From: Psammoneis japonica
Taxonomy: Eukaryota
DNA: 64,000 nt
Direction of reading: 5' to 3'
NCBI GenBank assembly: GCA_008632985.1
Contig: QPGO01000161.1
Coordinates: 1-64,000 of the forward strand
This document shows positions 50,407 to 63,089 of this stretch, piece after piece. Position 1 is the first letter of the stretch. Each line of letters begins with the position of its first letter. The position numbers and the translations under genes are program-made. Below the pieces are notes generated by a model. It was not told where the DNA came from, made no database searches, and worked only from the letters and a program-made list of their open reading frames with translations.

Positions 50407-53400
50407 ATGAAGAAGCCTGCCATTTCCTTGGCGACACTGTTGCTGTCTCTCTTCGTTGACCAGTGTGTGGGTCAAGCAGGGTCTGCTTGTGATCCTGCAG
50501 TGGGGTGCAACAACGGTCTTCAGTTTTGCGGAACAGACCCATCTTGTCGTTGGTTCTCATGCACCAACTGCTGCGAGTGCGGCCCAACCGATTTCACTGG
50601 TGATGACAGCTCAGCCCAGCTCACCTGCGCGCCTTGTGCTGGACCTGACACCTCGACTTTGGAACCGAGTTTAGGTGTGGTCAAGACGTTGGCGATGCTC
50701 CACTGACGAGGGTGGACTTCAATGAGATTTGTGCCGCCTTGACCCAATTGTTGTCTGGAATCCAAGTTTTCCAGTGCCTCGCACGCGCCAGTGGCACAGA
50801 CTTTTTGGCATTTGTGGCTGAAACACTGGCATTGAACCAAAGCAATCCTTGTGATGAGGGCATTAACTTCTGCTCATGCAGGACCCGTGCCGCTGCCCCT
50901 GGCACTGGGCATCTCACAACCGGAAATCAGCACTTCAACTTCGATGAAACCTTTCCTCCACACTGCATTGACGCAACGCTCTCTGCACAGGCTCCTCGCA
51001 TCACCTCTCCCGCTCCCGGTGACTGTGCCAGCGACAACGACTGTGCCGGTGGATTTGAGTTTTGCGGTGCAGACAAGGCTTGCCATGCTCACTTGTGCAC
51101 CAAGTGGCATGAGCATGGCCACACTGACTTTGCGAGCAACGATGGTGCCGCCAAGCTTTCTTGCACAGAGCTTGCCAGAACAGCACAGAACATTGCTGGT
51201 GTTTCATTCAGGTGCGACAACCCAACATCCACCGATGCAGTTCGTGCGGCCTTTGATCACAACTGCACTGCCACGATGTTGATTTCATCCTTTGAGTGCT
51301 GGGACTGCTTCGAGGGCTGTGACTTTGCCAATTTTGTCAATGAAGCTGGGTTGTCCAGTGTCCAGTGCCAAAATGCTTCTGACACTCCAAGGTGCTGCCA
51401 TGACCTTGTCGCCCAGCAAGGTGCAGCAGGTGCTGTCATTGGGGCGTTTGGTGCTTCAATCGCGTTTAACCAAGAGTTCACCAAGAGGACACTGTCGTCA
51501 ATTGTCGCCGTAAATGGGAGACCTGCTGGGTCTCCCACCCCTGTGGCAACACCTCCTCCGACACCGCTGACAGCCAAGCCATCCACCGGCAGTCCTTCAC
51601 TCACTGCTTCACCCATTTCTTCACCCGCTCCACTTCCCACCCCTGTGGCAACACCTCCTCCGACACTGCTGACAGCCAAGCCATCCACACTGCTGCTGAC
51701 TCCTGAGACCCGCCCCCAAAACGATGACTGCGAAACTGCGACAGTTGTTGAGGAGGAGTTTCTGTTGCTGTTTGAGATAAAAATGTCACAGGGTTTGAGA
51801 GAGAGAGGTGTCCCTCTTTTTTTTTTTCTTCGACAACAACCATCCGGGTTCCTCTCAGTGGTCACGTAGAATCGCACACAAAATGAGCACTAGAATTTGA
51901 GGTGCAGCCACCACAAGATCAAAAACAATGGCAATGAAGCCGGTCCGTTTGTTTGCATTTTCATCACATTGCTCTCTCCAGCGGGGCTTGCTTTTGGAAA
52001 GGCATCCCGAACGACTCAAAGTGATGCTGCAGTGCATTGTTGATCACGTTCAACTGGTGGCAGGCACGGCAAGCCTTGCCGCCGCCGTGCTGAGACTGCT
52101 GAGACAGGGGGTGCAAGGACATTTCGCACTGGCAGTGAACGTCAACTCCAATGTTGGCACAAGCACCATCTCTTTTATGGAGAACTGCCATTCGACACCA
52201 GTCAAAAAAATGCTTTTTGTGCGTGAAGCACACCTTCGTCGCCATGGAGAACTTGAGGGCAGTCAGGCGGATTGGCAAGACTTGCATTGTGGGGAGTTGG
52301 CCTGCCGGCATGCCCACTGCAGCAGCGAAGCGGTGTCGAGAAGGTGGGGTGCCGGGGATGAAGAATTAGAGTGTTCAAGGTTGGTGGTTGGGGTGTCATC
52401 TGAGTGGCACTGTGTTGTCTCGAGTCAATGTCCAATCTCGAGTGGTGTCTTCTCGAGCAGTGAACATCGCATCTCGAGTGGTGTCGTCTCGAGCAACAAA
52501 TGTTGTCTCGAGTGCCATCATCTCAAGCATCATACGGCAGTAAATGCTGCACAACACAGTCTCAAGTGGCATCATCTAGCTGCTGCAGGGCCCCAGTCTC
52601 GAGTGGCATCATCTCGAGCCAGCAAATGTTTGGTCTCGAGCAGCATCTAGCGTGCCCAGCAATGCAACAGTTGCCCTAAAGCATGTCTTCTTGTCCTGCA
52701 CATGGTGCTTCTTCAGTTTAGCATGTGTTGCAGCATGTTTGATTGTGTCATGAAAAAACCTTGTCAACGTGAAAATCTCCGTTTTCCTCGTCGTTGTCAC
52801 CTCATCGCGATCCGAGTGCGAGAGTTGCGACACATCCTCCTCCCTGCTCTGCATTGCAAAATGAACAGGTCGAAGGCAAGTGCAAGCAATTGGTGTAGAA
52901 CAAATGGAGAGAATTTTGGTTCGCACTCACCAATCCGTTTGACATGGAATGGGAGAGATCACACTCTACTTCGCAAATTGGAGTTGTCTTTGAGGTGACA
53001 CGAACAGAGCAGTTTGGGTCCTTCTGAGCTGGCTCCAAGAAAGATGTCAAAAGCTCCTGTGGCATTTCTGGTGCAACTGAAGCTTTCAGTAGATTAGAGT
53101 GGGCTTTGGTTTGTTCTATGATCCCTTTTTGCTTCAGAACAAACACGGTTTTGTCGAAGTGAATGAGAAGTTTCGCAGGTTGCGACCCCTCGGTTTCTCG
53201 CGGGTTTCTGAGCCCTCTTCAGAATCACACGAGCCCAGATTGATGGCAGAACACTTCATACTTCGACTAGATGTACGATCATTGTGTTCGGGTTGGTTAG
53301 TTGCGTGCCGCTTGGCGGCGGAGCAGCGGCGGTCCTCATGGTTGACATCGGTGTGTTTTGATGGTTGCATCAATTCTACTAGCACTTATTTTGTGTACGA

Positions 53401-54680
53401 TTCTACGTGACTACTGAGAGGAACCCGGAAGGTTGTTGTCGAAGGCAAAAAAAAAAAAAGGACACCTCTCTCTCTCGAACCCTTTGACATTTTTACCTCA
53501 AACAGCAATAAATGAAAGTACGGAGGGCGCGTCCGACGAAATTGACGCCACTTCCCTACAATGTATCGGCGTGAGTGTAACGGCACCTGGCGTGTGGTAC
53601 ACAGTGACGGGATCAGGAACGATGATGGAAGCAGATACTTGCACCAGCCAAACGGCACTTGATACAAAGATTGCAGTGTTTGAGTCATCTTGTTCAAGTT
53701 TGAAATGTGTTATTGCTAATGACGATGAGTGTGGAAAAGGGAGCTCGGTATCATGGATTTCTAAGCTTGGCGTTGAATACAAAATTCTTGTTTCAGGATC
53801 TCAAGGAACAGGTGATTTTTCGTTGCGGGTGGCAGAAGCAACATCCGTACGCACAGGATCCTGTCAAGATATACACAAGTCTAAAGCTCTGATTGATCAT
53901 CGGTGTTGCGAAGGCAGCAACTGCAGAAACGTCACGTTTTGCTTTGGCATGATGCTGGCTCACCCAAAAGCTGTCCTATCGGGGTGCTGCGAGTCCTATG
54001 ACGGATGTCGTCAGACGAAACACTTTCTTCGCACACTTGATCAGCTACGAAAGCTTTCAACGGCCACCTTCGTAATTTCTTGTGTCGTCATTTTCTTTGT
54101 TCTAGCCAAGGTGATTATTGTCCTGATGAGCATTAAGAAGTGGATGTGTTCTTGTCGGCAATTGCGCATGCCGTGTAACATATCGACGGCAACATACTAC
54201 CTGACTACGAACAGTCTCATTGTTTTTTTTGAAATTGCCGATCTTTGTCTCAATGCTTCAATCATTGCCATCATGAGTAACCGCAGCCCACAAGACAAAG
54301 CTCAAGCAATCATAGACAACGAGTGCTTTGTACTGCAAAGAAATGCCCAAACAATCGCGGATCTAATCAATGCGTTAGAACCCTTTGAAAGGATTGCAAT
54401 CGCAGAGTTAGTTCTGGACATTTTGGTTATCATACTTCATGCGGTTGAACTTTGGAAAGGGATCCCTGCTGGTGTCAGCGATAGATTCGTTATGGCAGCT
54501 GCATCCATTCTTGATGCTGCCGAGCTTGTACTGGCTGCAGTCAACCTTTACGTGGTTTTGATTCCTGCAATAGAGGGTTTTGAAGAGCTTTTCGACAGCC
54601 TGGGCATTGATCCCATCACTCAAAGCCTATCAGTCCTTGTACCCTGTGTGTTTGCGTGTTGCGGCATCACTTTGCTATAA
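50407..54680 (+). pseudogene. Secreted/membrane protein gene (two Cys-rich repeats, PT linker, PPC-like beta-sandwich, C-terminal TM helices) split by a transposon; 5' half hypermutated
   Basis: Signal peptide MKKPAISLATLLLSLFVDQCVG. Removing 51765-53510 restores the frame: NDDCETATVVEEEFL|NESTEGASDEIDATSLQCIGVSVTAPGVWYTVTG...DTKIAVF..CVIANDDECG..SSVSW. Frameshift near 50670. Confidence 0.85.
51765..53508. mobile_element. Non-autonomous TIR DNA transposon, TA target site (Tc1/mariner-like), about 130-bp TIRs
   Basis: 51765-51895 is the inverted copy of about 53375-53508. Right TSD is TA (53509-53510) and left TSD reads TG (51763-51764). Excision restores the host ORF. Confidence 0.85.
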
Positions 54681-55380
54681 AGCAGAGCAAGAGTTTGGAG
54701 CAAGTAAATCGAACGCCGGGCGTAAGAATTGGTTGGTGCAGTAGAAGGTATGCCGGCAAATCGAAATCAAAAATCAATGCTGTGGCGAGTTCCACATGGC
54801 CCAAATGCCAGCTTGTGATGGCGCGTACACCTCTATTTGGCTTTGTTTTCATGGAGTGTAGTCTCGATTTCTACCAGTCAATGGTAAGCTGTATTACTAT
54901 CAATCAATGTTGAACCAATGCCTGGTGGGAACCACTGTAAGACCGCCCAACCATTTGGTTTTAGCCAAGATACTTGCAAGAGATAGAATCATGGGTCCAC
55001 GGAACTAGTTGCAGTCGGGGCAACACGAGTCTGACAGAATCAATTGGGAAATCCATATCAAAGCAAACGACGAGAGCATGATCTCGATTGCAACGGGATG
55101 CATTTGCGGCAGGAGTTGGGAAAGTAAACATCGAGGGACCGCATGGGGAATCAATTCGGGGAAGCAATGCCTGCTCAACAAGAAAAAGATGAAAGCATCA
55201 TGTCGTTTGGGATGGGCTTTCAAACAAGTCTTTTCTATTAGAATTATATTGCGGCGGAAGTCGGGGATAAAAAGCGATTTTCGGGGTACAGCAGTTAAAA
55301 TTCCAATTTGTAGATTTAAAATTCAAGTTGGAATTGCTTCCGCTGGGTAAACCACGAAACACGTCTTCTGAATGCGTTTG

Positions 55381-56535
55381 CTACATTGCGTCACGAATCG
55401 AATAAAGACGTGACGCATTCCACCCGTAACCGTCTTTTCGAGCATTCATCAATTTTACGATCTTTTCCCCTTTACCGACAGCATAATTTGCATGGTAGGT
55501 AATTGGGTTATCGTTTTCCGGGTAATCATCCCGACCTATCGGATAATCGTAGCCATCCAAGCAGCAGAGGCGGGCTGTCGAATTTTTCATTTCGCCAGAG
55601 ACAGGTGAGGATTCACCAACAATACCATCAACTTCCTGTCCAGTGCAATGCGCAAAATGTTCATGCGCATTATTGTAACTCGAATGAAATGCGTTCCAAA
55701 ACAAGGCCTGATCGTCTAGTCTGTTTTTGGGTTCCTCACACCTCGCGAGCGTTTCTTCAATTACTTTTTGGAAAAAGACATTCGTATGAGACATGAAATA
55801 AAAACCTGTATTGCCTTCTCGTGGCACTCTGCCTTGTGTTAAACACGAGTGCGATCGGGGTATTTCAATGCGGTCGTTGACTTGATAAATGTAGTCATAT
55901 CGCCGTGACTGAATCAGTTTTCCAAAGTCGTGTATAAGAGGATTCTGTAGAAAGACGTTGTCACAATCAGAGAATATCACGTCGACCTTGCATTCCCGAA
56001 GTATGTGCAAGACTTGCCTCAATTTGTTACATGAGAGAGTATTGAAACCTTTCTGCCGAAAGAGTTGCTGGCCCTGTACCGCGTACCCCGGGTCTGTTGG
56101 GACGACTCTGGATTTAGTTTTGTTCTTGCTCAAGGCTCGATCAATTTCTTCGTCTAAAGCTAGAACAGCCCATTTTAGGTTGTGATTATGAGCCAAGTAC
56201 TCCCAGTTCTGTAATATATCGAGATAGTCATAGTTGGCCGCAGTCACAAGAACCGTTCTTTCCCACCCTTGTTGATGGTCGTCGTTGCGAAATACTCCTG
56301 TCGCGTCACGTATTGCCAAGGGACAATGATCATTGTTGGGGCTTACTGTCTCTTCATTTGGTTGAATGTTATTCTCGATGGATAAAGTGTCCTCCTTAAT
56401 TGGCAGTATTGACAAGTGAGTAATTTCCTTTGGCAGTGTGGACCTGAAGTATTCAAGAAGAATTGCAGCATTGTAAGCTGACAGAATAAGCGGAACCGAA
56501 AGGGATATGGTTAAACCTCGGGCAATAGTCTTCAT
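55381..56535 (-). CDS. Nucleotide-diphospho-sugar transferase (GT77-like)
   Basis: N-terminal TM helix. Motifs TAANYDYLDILQNW, DVIFSDCDNVFLQNP (DxD), NTGFYFM, DDQALF and HANYAVGKGEK. Confidence 0.85.
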   Translation of the reverse strand: MKTIARGLTISLSVPLILSAYNAAILLEYFRSTLPKEITHLSILPIKEDTLSIENNIQPNEETVSPNNDHCPLAIRDATGVFRNDDHQQGWERTVLVTAANYDYLDILQNWEYLAHNHNLKWAVLALDEEIDRALSKNKTKSRVVPTDPGYAVQGQQLFRQKGFNTLSCNKLRQVLHILRECKVDVIFSDCDNVFLQNPLIHDFGKLIQSRRYDYIYQVNDRIEIPRSHSCLTQGRVPREGNTGFYFMSHTNVFFQKVIEETLARCEEPKNRLDDQALFWNAFHSSYNNAHEHFAHCTGQEVDGIVGESSPVSGEMKNSTARLCCLDGYDYPIGRDDYPENDNPITYHANYAVGKGEKIVKLMNARKDGYGWNASRLYSIRDAM

Positions 56536-57332
56536 GGTGCTTCTGTATTACTTTTGCAGCTTGCTCTCCATTATTCATTTGTGAACTTGGCTTGTTGCCA
56601 TTCCCACTTTGCAGGTTGGACGTCTTTTTTGTGTTCTTGACGATCACCCGATTGCGTACTGTAGTTCGTTTCATTTTCAACGTTACATGACCCTTTCTTC
56701 AAGTTATAACTGCCCCGGACAACGAGAGGTCATTCTTGACATCCTTTTTAAAAATGACATTTTCTAGTAAAAAATAACAATGACTCCGCAATGGCGTCTG
56801 GGGCCGCCGCTTGTCACTTGCCAGTTGCGGCGTGCTGAAACGCGCTGCCCGTTCATTCTCAAGTGCATGAGTCGTCGAGTCGATGAAAAGAAACACACAT
56901 CACGGCAGCAACATTGTATCACACAATGGTAACCTATCCTGTGACCGGCTTCAAATTTCTGCGGCTGCACACTCGGCTGTGAAATTGAATATCCAGGTGA
57001 TCGGATAGATGGGTCTCAGCACGGTATGGTTACGAGTATCTCCCGGTCAAGTCCATTCATTTTACGGAAGTTCAAGTCAGGAACTATTGTTCAGCTCTGC
57101 AGCGTTGAGATGCCTGCTCGTTACAGAAGATGTGGCCCGCTTGCGTCGAAGCAGTACGAGGACACGACGTACGATGGGACACGACGAATGATCGATTGTT
57201 TGGTGCGTACAGTAAAAAATCTCGAAAACGCACAACAAACAGGACAACCGGCTTTCGATAAAGATTCATCTAATGATTCATGTTCAGATTCAGAAGTGTC
57301 CATTCAGTACGGACATGTCGGACTATCTCATC

Positions 57333-60300
57333 TTACGGCGTCCACCGGGGGGTTGTCTGCAGTCTCGCCCACACGAGTGGTGCTCGAAAGACGATGACAG
57401 CAACCGTGCGGTAACCGCACCTCTTCTGTCCACAGGAAGACAAGGAGACGTACACCAGCTTTGCATCATCCTTGAGCATAGCGAGTTCTTTCTTTACGGG
57501 CTTGGTCACAAGCAAGCTGTGCAATCCTGGCGTCCGGCATATTTCTTCAACTGTCTTAGTCAATGACTTCAGTGATTTTAGAAATAAAGCCCTGAGATCC
57601 CTCTGCCTTGTAGGCAAATCTAATATCATGTCTAACTGTGCGCGAACGCAGGCTCTCAACTTGATGGCAGCTTCATTCCGATCACACCATGCCTCGATCT
57701 TCATGTCGTTTGTTGGAAGAGCGGCATTCAAAAGTCTGCATGCTCCCGTGGCGAACAGAGCTGAGACAACCTTCATTCCGAGCTGTCTTTTGTGGTCAAC
57801 GTCCACTACCGTGAAGGTCAAGTACCGCAGCATGTCGTCCAGTGCACCCTGGTCGTCAACCGGTCGCTGTGCAAACAAGTTGGACAACGACAGCTTTTTG
57901 AGCCTGGCAAGAAACTGTAACGACCCATCAGACGAATTCTCCAGCTCTTTAAGGATCGAACGGAATTTCTCAGCCACAACCGTCGATACTACAGAAACAG
58001 GTTGAGGGCATTTTTGCCGAAACTGATCAAGCATTTCATCCGTGCTGACCCCGTCCGCTTTTGGAATAACAAAGTCGACCCCAGTGCTTTTCCACTCGGG
58101 TGCGAACAGGGAGAATTTCAGTTCGGGATCGAAAGACCTGTCCGTCGCAACCTGAGACAAAACTCTGGCTTCCCAGTCTTCCGTCTCACCACTCGCAACA
58201 GACTGAATGCACTTTTCGACAATCAGACTGCGGACGCCAGCAGGAATGTCTTTCTCCCATTCGGTGAGAATCAGACTAGTGGCCTCGGGGGTTTTTGCAT
58301 CAAACAACATGCGAATCACTCCCTTGTGGAGTTGAAAACCCAACCTCCTCCTTCGTGGATTTTTGAGCAAAAGCCTAACAACCGAAACCACCTTGTCCAC
58401 GTGGACGTGCTGAGCGACATAGCCCAGCAAAGCAGCCGTAATTCGCTGGTCGTTCTTTTCAATTGCCTTTTGGCTTAGAAGAAAGCCCAAGATATACCAC
58501 GGCGAGTCTAGGCTGAAGACTCGATTGATAAGAGCTTCCCGGACTGCGTTCTCGAGGCCGCTCTGCAATGCAGCCAAAACGTCGACATGCTGTGTAGAGG
58601 GCGCATCCATAAATTTACTGATGGCTTCCACCTTGGAACTGAGATCTCTTTGGCTATTCGAGGCCTCGATTCGAGCGAAATCAGCATACCTCCGACTGAC
58701 GTCAGAATGGCAACTCAATAGCGCTTCCTCGTCGATTGTGTGGTAGAGCAACTCTTCGACAGTTTTTGAATGGCAACTCGATAGCGCTTCCTCGTCGATT
58801 GTGTGGTAGAGTAACTCTTCGACAGTTTCATAGTCTTCATCGGACGTCGAGTACGAAGTTATGTGATCCTGCTGATCGGACTCCCAAAACGCGCCTTGCA
58901 AGTCATCGAAATCATGGATGCATCGAAGCAGAATATCCTGCCGCCTCGTAAAAAGAACACCACGCACGTCAGGAAGCAGCAAGGCACTTTGTGACATGTT
59001 GAGCAATTCGCGAACCATGCTGCATTTTCTCTGTATGCGATCGCTCTTCGACATTGTTAGACGCCATGTTACGGGCTCGCATCCTCCAGCATGTTGCTGG
59101 ATGAAGGCCTGAACGCGATCGTCAATCACAACATCCCAAACGCGTCGCCCACGTTCCAGATAGACTTTCCGCCAGTGTGGGAGCCACAGAAGGACTTCGC
59201 GATTCTTCTTCTTGACCACGGCGCACCTGAAAAGCTTGTCGCATGCGTCAACCAAAGAAGGAACATCAGAGGCTCCACGTCCATGAATCTTAAAGAGTAC
59301 CTGCAGAAGAAGACTCGCTTGTTCGAAATGCACGTCTGAAGCTGTGTGAATGTCGGCAAAAATGTGATCGAAACAAGTGGTCAGTAGCTCAACCTCTAGC
59401 CAGGCAGTGCCGCTGAGACGAAACAAAACCTCCAGTCGCCGGCGCAATGCAGCCGAGACATCAAGTTCCTCGGGGAAGCAACTGTCTTCCAATCGCAAAG
59501 GGGAAGACGGCATGTGATCAGTCCAGACATTATCGACTGCCTTCTCAAGTAATGCGACACACTGCATCGGACCGAACACATCATCTCGGGCAAATCCTAT
59601 TCGCAAATGATTGGAGAGATCGACTTGGCCGTCCAACTGGGAAAGCTTCTGTGCACTGGTCGGTTCGGAAGAGGGATAAGCTTTATCGAGAGCTTCCAGT
59701 GAAAACCATGATGCACTTTCCAGTTCTTTCTGTCCACCTACAAGTAGAGGCCAGGAGTAGCATCGGAGACTTTCGTCTCCACCAGATGCTGCCTTCAAAT
59801 CCCAATCTAGACGAATGGCGCAATCAATCCATTTTTGTCGGCGCTCCAAACACGGTCGGCTAGGGTCAAATCTCAGCACGAAATCAATAATACACTGAGG
59901 CAGCGTGGTACGTCTGTTTACGCAGTCGAGGCGACTCAGATCGTTCTTTTGCATGACAAGTATTGAAGAACATAGTGCCTCGTGGACACTGGCATCAGCA
60001 GAATCATCTTTGAGAGACAAAAGGACCACGTCGTATCCAAAATGGGCGTCTAGCCAAGCAAAGACAGTCCGCCGATGAATTCCGGATTCGTTCTTGAGAC
60101 GGGTTGCTGCAAACGACATGGCTTCGGCAACAAGAGAAGTACTGCCAGTCTTGCAAGCTTCTTCCAACCAGATAGTTAGAGCTTCCGCTCTTGATTCTCC
60201 ATCCGCTGCGAACGTCGCATCCTTCAACGATTGCCGGGCCTTTTCGTTAGCAAACCCGCCATGATCAATCAAAAGCGAATTTCGGACTTTCGACGGAATG

Positions 60301-62917
60301 CCTTCATTATCGAGCACCGTCTCTAATAAACCGAGACTCACAAGCTCCTTGGCGATGTAAGCGAGCTCAGACTTCCACTTATCCGGGGATTTCTCGTAAG
60401 TTGTAATGATGGTTTTCACCGAGCGTTTAATCATTGATGGCTTCTCTTCATCACGCAACCTGCTAGGAAGGTATGACGAGCACGCAGAGAGATATGATCC
60501 CACACTCGAAAGCTTCTTTTGAATGTCCCAGAGTTGTTTGGCAAGGTTCAAATCAAAATCTGGAATCTTCTTTATTTCAAACAGCAGCTTCTTCGCGAGC
60601 TCACGGCATGTTCCTACCGTGTCTTCGTGGAGGCTGAAATTAAAGTAAGCAAAATTGTGGTTGTTTGGCTGAGCTCGGTGATTCGCAATGACGAATGATT
60701 GAGAACCTTTTTGGTTCTGTGAAGCACGGCTATAGACGTCAAGCACCACCAATGCAAGAGATCTTGTAACCTCTTTGGAAAGCGTCCACTGGCCAATAAT
60801 CTGTTCCATGCTTGACTGGAAGAACGACAAAGTGCATCGGCTGATGTACGTTTCTTCAACTGGATCGAACTGCATCACTGCTCCTAGACGAGGCGATATG
60901 ATATCAGAAACGATCTGTATTGAAAGAAAATATTGCGTTAGCTAACCCATGATAATCCCGCTATGGATTCATCACCAACTTCACGAGCCTTTCTCACCTG
61001 AACTCCTTTCTGACAGAGACCCTGAACGGTCTCCAATTCTGACTTGGAGAGCTGGACATAGTCGATATTATCTTTTAGTATTTGAAGGATTGGCTGGAGA
61101 ACAGTGTCGGCTTTCAAGTGGGTTGCGACTGCTTCTACCGGTCCAACAGCAATTTTGAGTACCTCCCTAAAAAACTCGGCGTATACCTTCAACCGCGAGC
61201 TGTGAATTATCAAGGCACTGTTGACATTCTCGGTAATGCCAGAACTCACACAAGTCAAACGAGCAAAGCAATGTCGCGCAGAGTACAAGTTCGCGTAGCT
61301 CCTGTACCACATGCTCCAAACTTCACTCTTCGGTTTGCCTAGGCAGAATCGGGATAATTGCGCATCGCTCAAGTCACTTGGTTTGCACCGAAGGTGTAGA
61401 TCAGTCCACGACTTGAGGACTTGCAATATTTCAGAGCCGATTATTGCTTCATTATGAAACGAAGGATTGTCATAGAAAAAGCGAAAGAAAGGATCAACCT
61501 GGTCTCTCCTCGAGATCAGCGACCACAATTCGTCCGAGCTAGCCTTCGAAAAGACCGCTTTGTACGGGAGCTTGTAGGTGGGAAAATAGTCTTTCACAAC
61601 TCTGAACCTAGCCCAGTCACGAGCTTCAACATACTGGATCGCAAGCTGTAGTCGCTCCTTCTTTGTGAGCTTCCAAAGGAGTGCAACGTCCACCTGGTAT
61701 CGAATAACGACGTCGAAACCAGATACATCGTTACCCTTTGCCGACATGCCTTCAAGATACGCTCGAACCTCTTTGCTCGTCGAAGTAGATTCACATGCCG
61801 TGAAGTCTTCCAGAATCTTTAAAAGAGCAAAAACGTGCCTCGATTTGATGCTGTTTAACTCCATCCGCCGACGAAGGTCGTTCCACGTGGACCCAAGCTT
61901 AAGCTGGTCCTGCCCGCACTCTTCCATTCTGCGGCGAATGTAAGATATATACACATCACCATGTGATCCCCACTGTCGCAGTTTGAAGGTCTTGTCTTGG
62001 ATCAAATCATCCAATTTAGTAGCCACATAGTCGCTTGTTAGCCAGTAAATAACATGGCTTGCTGGAGATTCGGATGCTTCATAGATGCGACGAAGAAAGT
62101 CCTTGCGACGGCCACTGCGTTTGCTGGCATCAATAATCTTGCTTTGAACCGAACTTGGAGAAAGGCAGTAGTGCTCGTAAAGTTCATCGTCTGTGAATTC
62201 CGCACCGGAGAAGCAATTCACACACTGGATTATAACCTTGGCTCGGTACTTGGTGCTCCCCGTACGGAGGTAGCAGCGACTGATTTCGGCTCCTTTAGCC
62301 CCCGAGAGCGGGATAAGGACCAACACGACCTGAAAAATGTGAAATTTATTCAAGTTGAGAGGTTTGTTATTAGAAACACTTTGCTGATCGCCGCTTACGG
62401 ATGGGTTGGCAATCAAGACAAACTCGGTGTCCTCCTCCTCTTCCATAGAAGAGTCGGTATCTAAGTCATCCGGCTGAAAGCAGTATTCAAACAGGTCTTG
62501 CAAAATTACATCACGATGAGGACTCGAAGCAAGGCACTTCCGCACAACAGCATGGCGGCCCTTGAGGGGAAGTGATCCCAAAAGATCAACCAGACGTGCA
62601 AGGGGAGGCTTGGTGGAGGGCGACTGAAAGGCTTCGCAGCACCAATTCACTTCTTGCAAAAGATCTTTGTCACCGGGAAAGTCTCCAAGGATCCCGAAAG
62701 CGTTTTGGAGGCTGAAGCCTCCATAGCAACCTTGTTCTGCGAGCTCATGAGATGGCTTGCGAATGAAACAGATGTTTTTGCAACAACACTTTTTGTTGAT
62801 GTCGATGAAAGTGATGACAAGGCACAACGATGCGAACGCGTATCCAACGTGATGATTCGTGCATTCCAAAGCTTTCGATCCGCGACTTCGGAGTTGAGTG
62901 AGTCGTGCACCTTGCAC
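57333..62917 (-). CDS. Large (about 1800 aa) predicted alpha-helical protein of unknown function, two long exons
   Basis: 659-aa and 1181-aa ORFs on the same strand separated by about 60 bp (likely an intron near 60945-60918). Normal TA/CG content. Start and C-terminus uncertain. Confidence 0.65.
58705..58827 (-). repeat. 63-bp in-frame tandem duplication (TVEELLYHTIDEEAL(S/L)SCHS x2)
   Basis: gaatggcaactc..cttcgacagttt starts at 58705 and again at 58768. Confidence 0.9.
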
Positions 62918-62971
62918 GACACAGCTAAAAGTTTATGGTCATATATGCAAAAGACTGCATTCCGGCTACTC

Positions 62972-63089
62972 GGTTGTGTAGCTCAGATGGAAAGAGCGCC
63001 GTTTCTACTCAGATGATTGCTCGGACGTAGATTCCGAGTCTTGATTCTCATTTCCACGGAGGGCGCTGGTTCAAGTCCAGCCACAACTT
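62972..63089 (+). tRNA. tRNA-like Pol III locus with an intron or expanded anticodon arm; identity unresolved
   Basis: Acceptor GGTTGTG/CACAACT, D arm TAGCTCAGATGGAAAGAGC (A box), T arm GCTGG-TTCAAGT-CCAGC (B box), followed by a T run. About 45 extra nt lie within the CCGT/ACGG stem. Confidence 0.6.

Noticed and set aside
62995..63015. Amber-suppressor (CUA) reading of the tRNA-like locus
   Set aside because: It requires dropping position 26 and accepting a pyrimidine at position 37. Host genes here use TAG as a normal stop.
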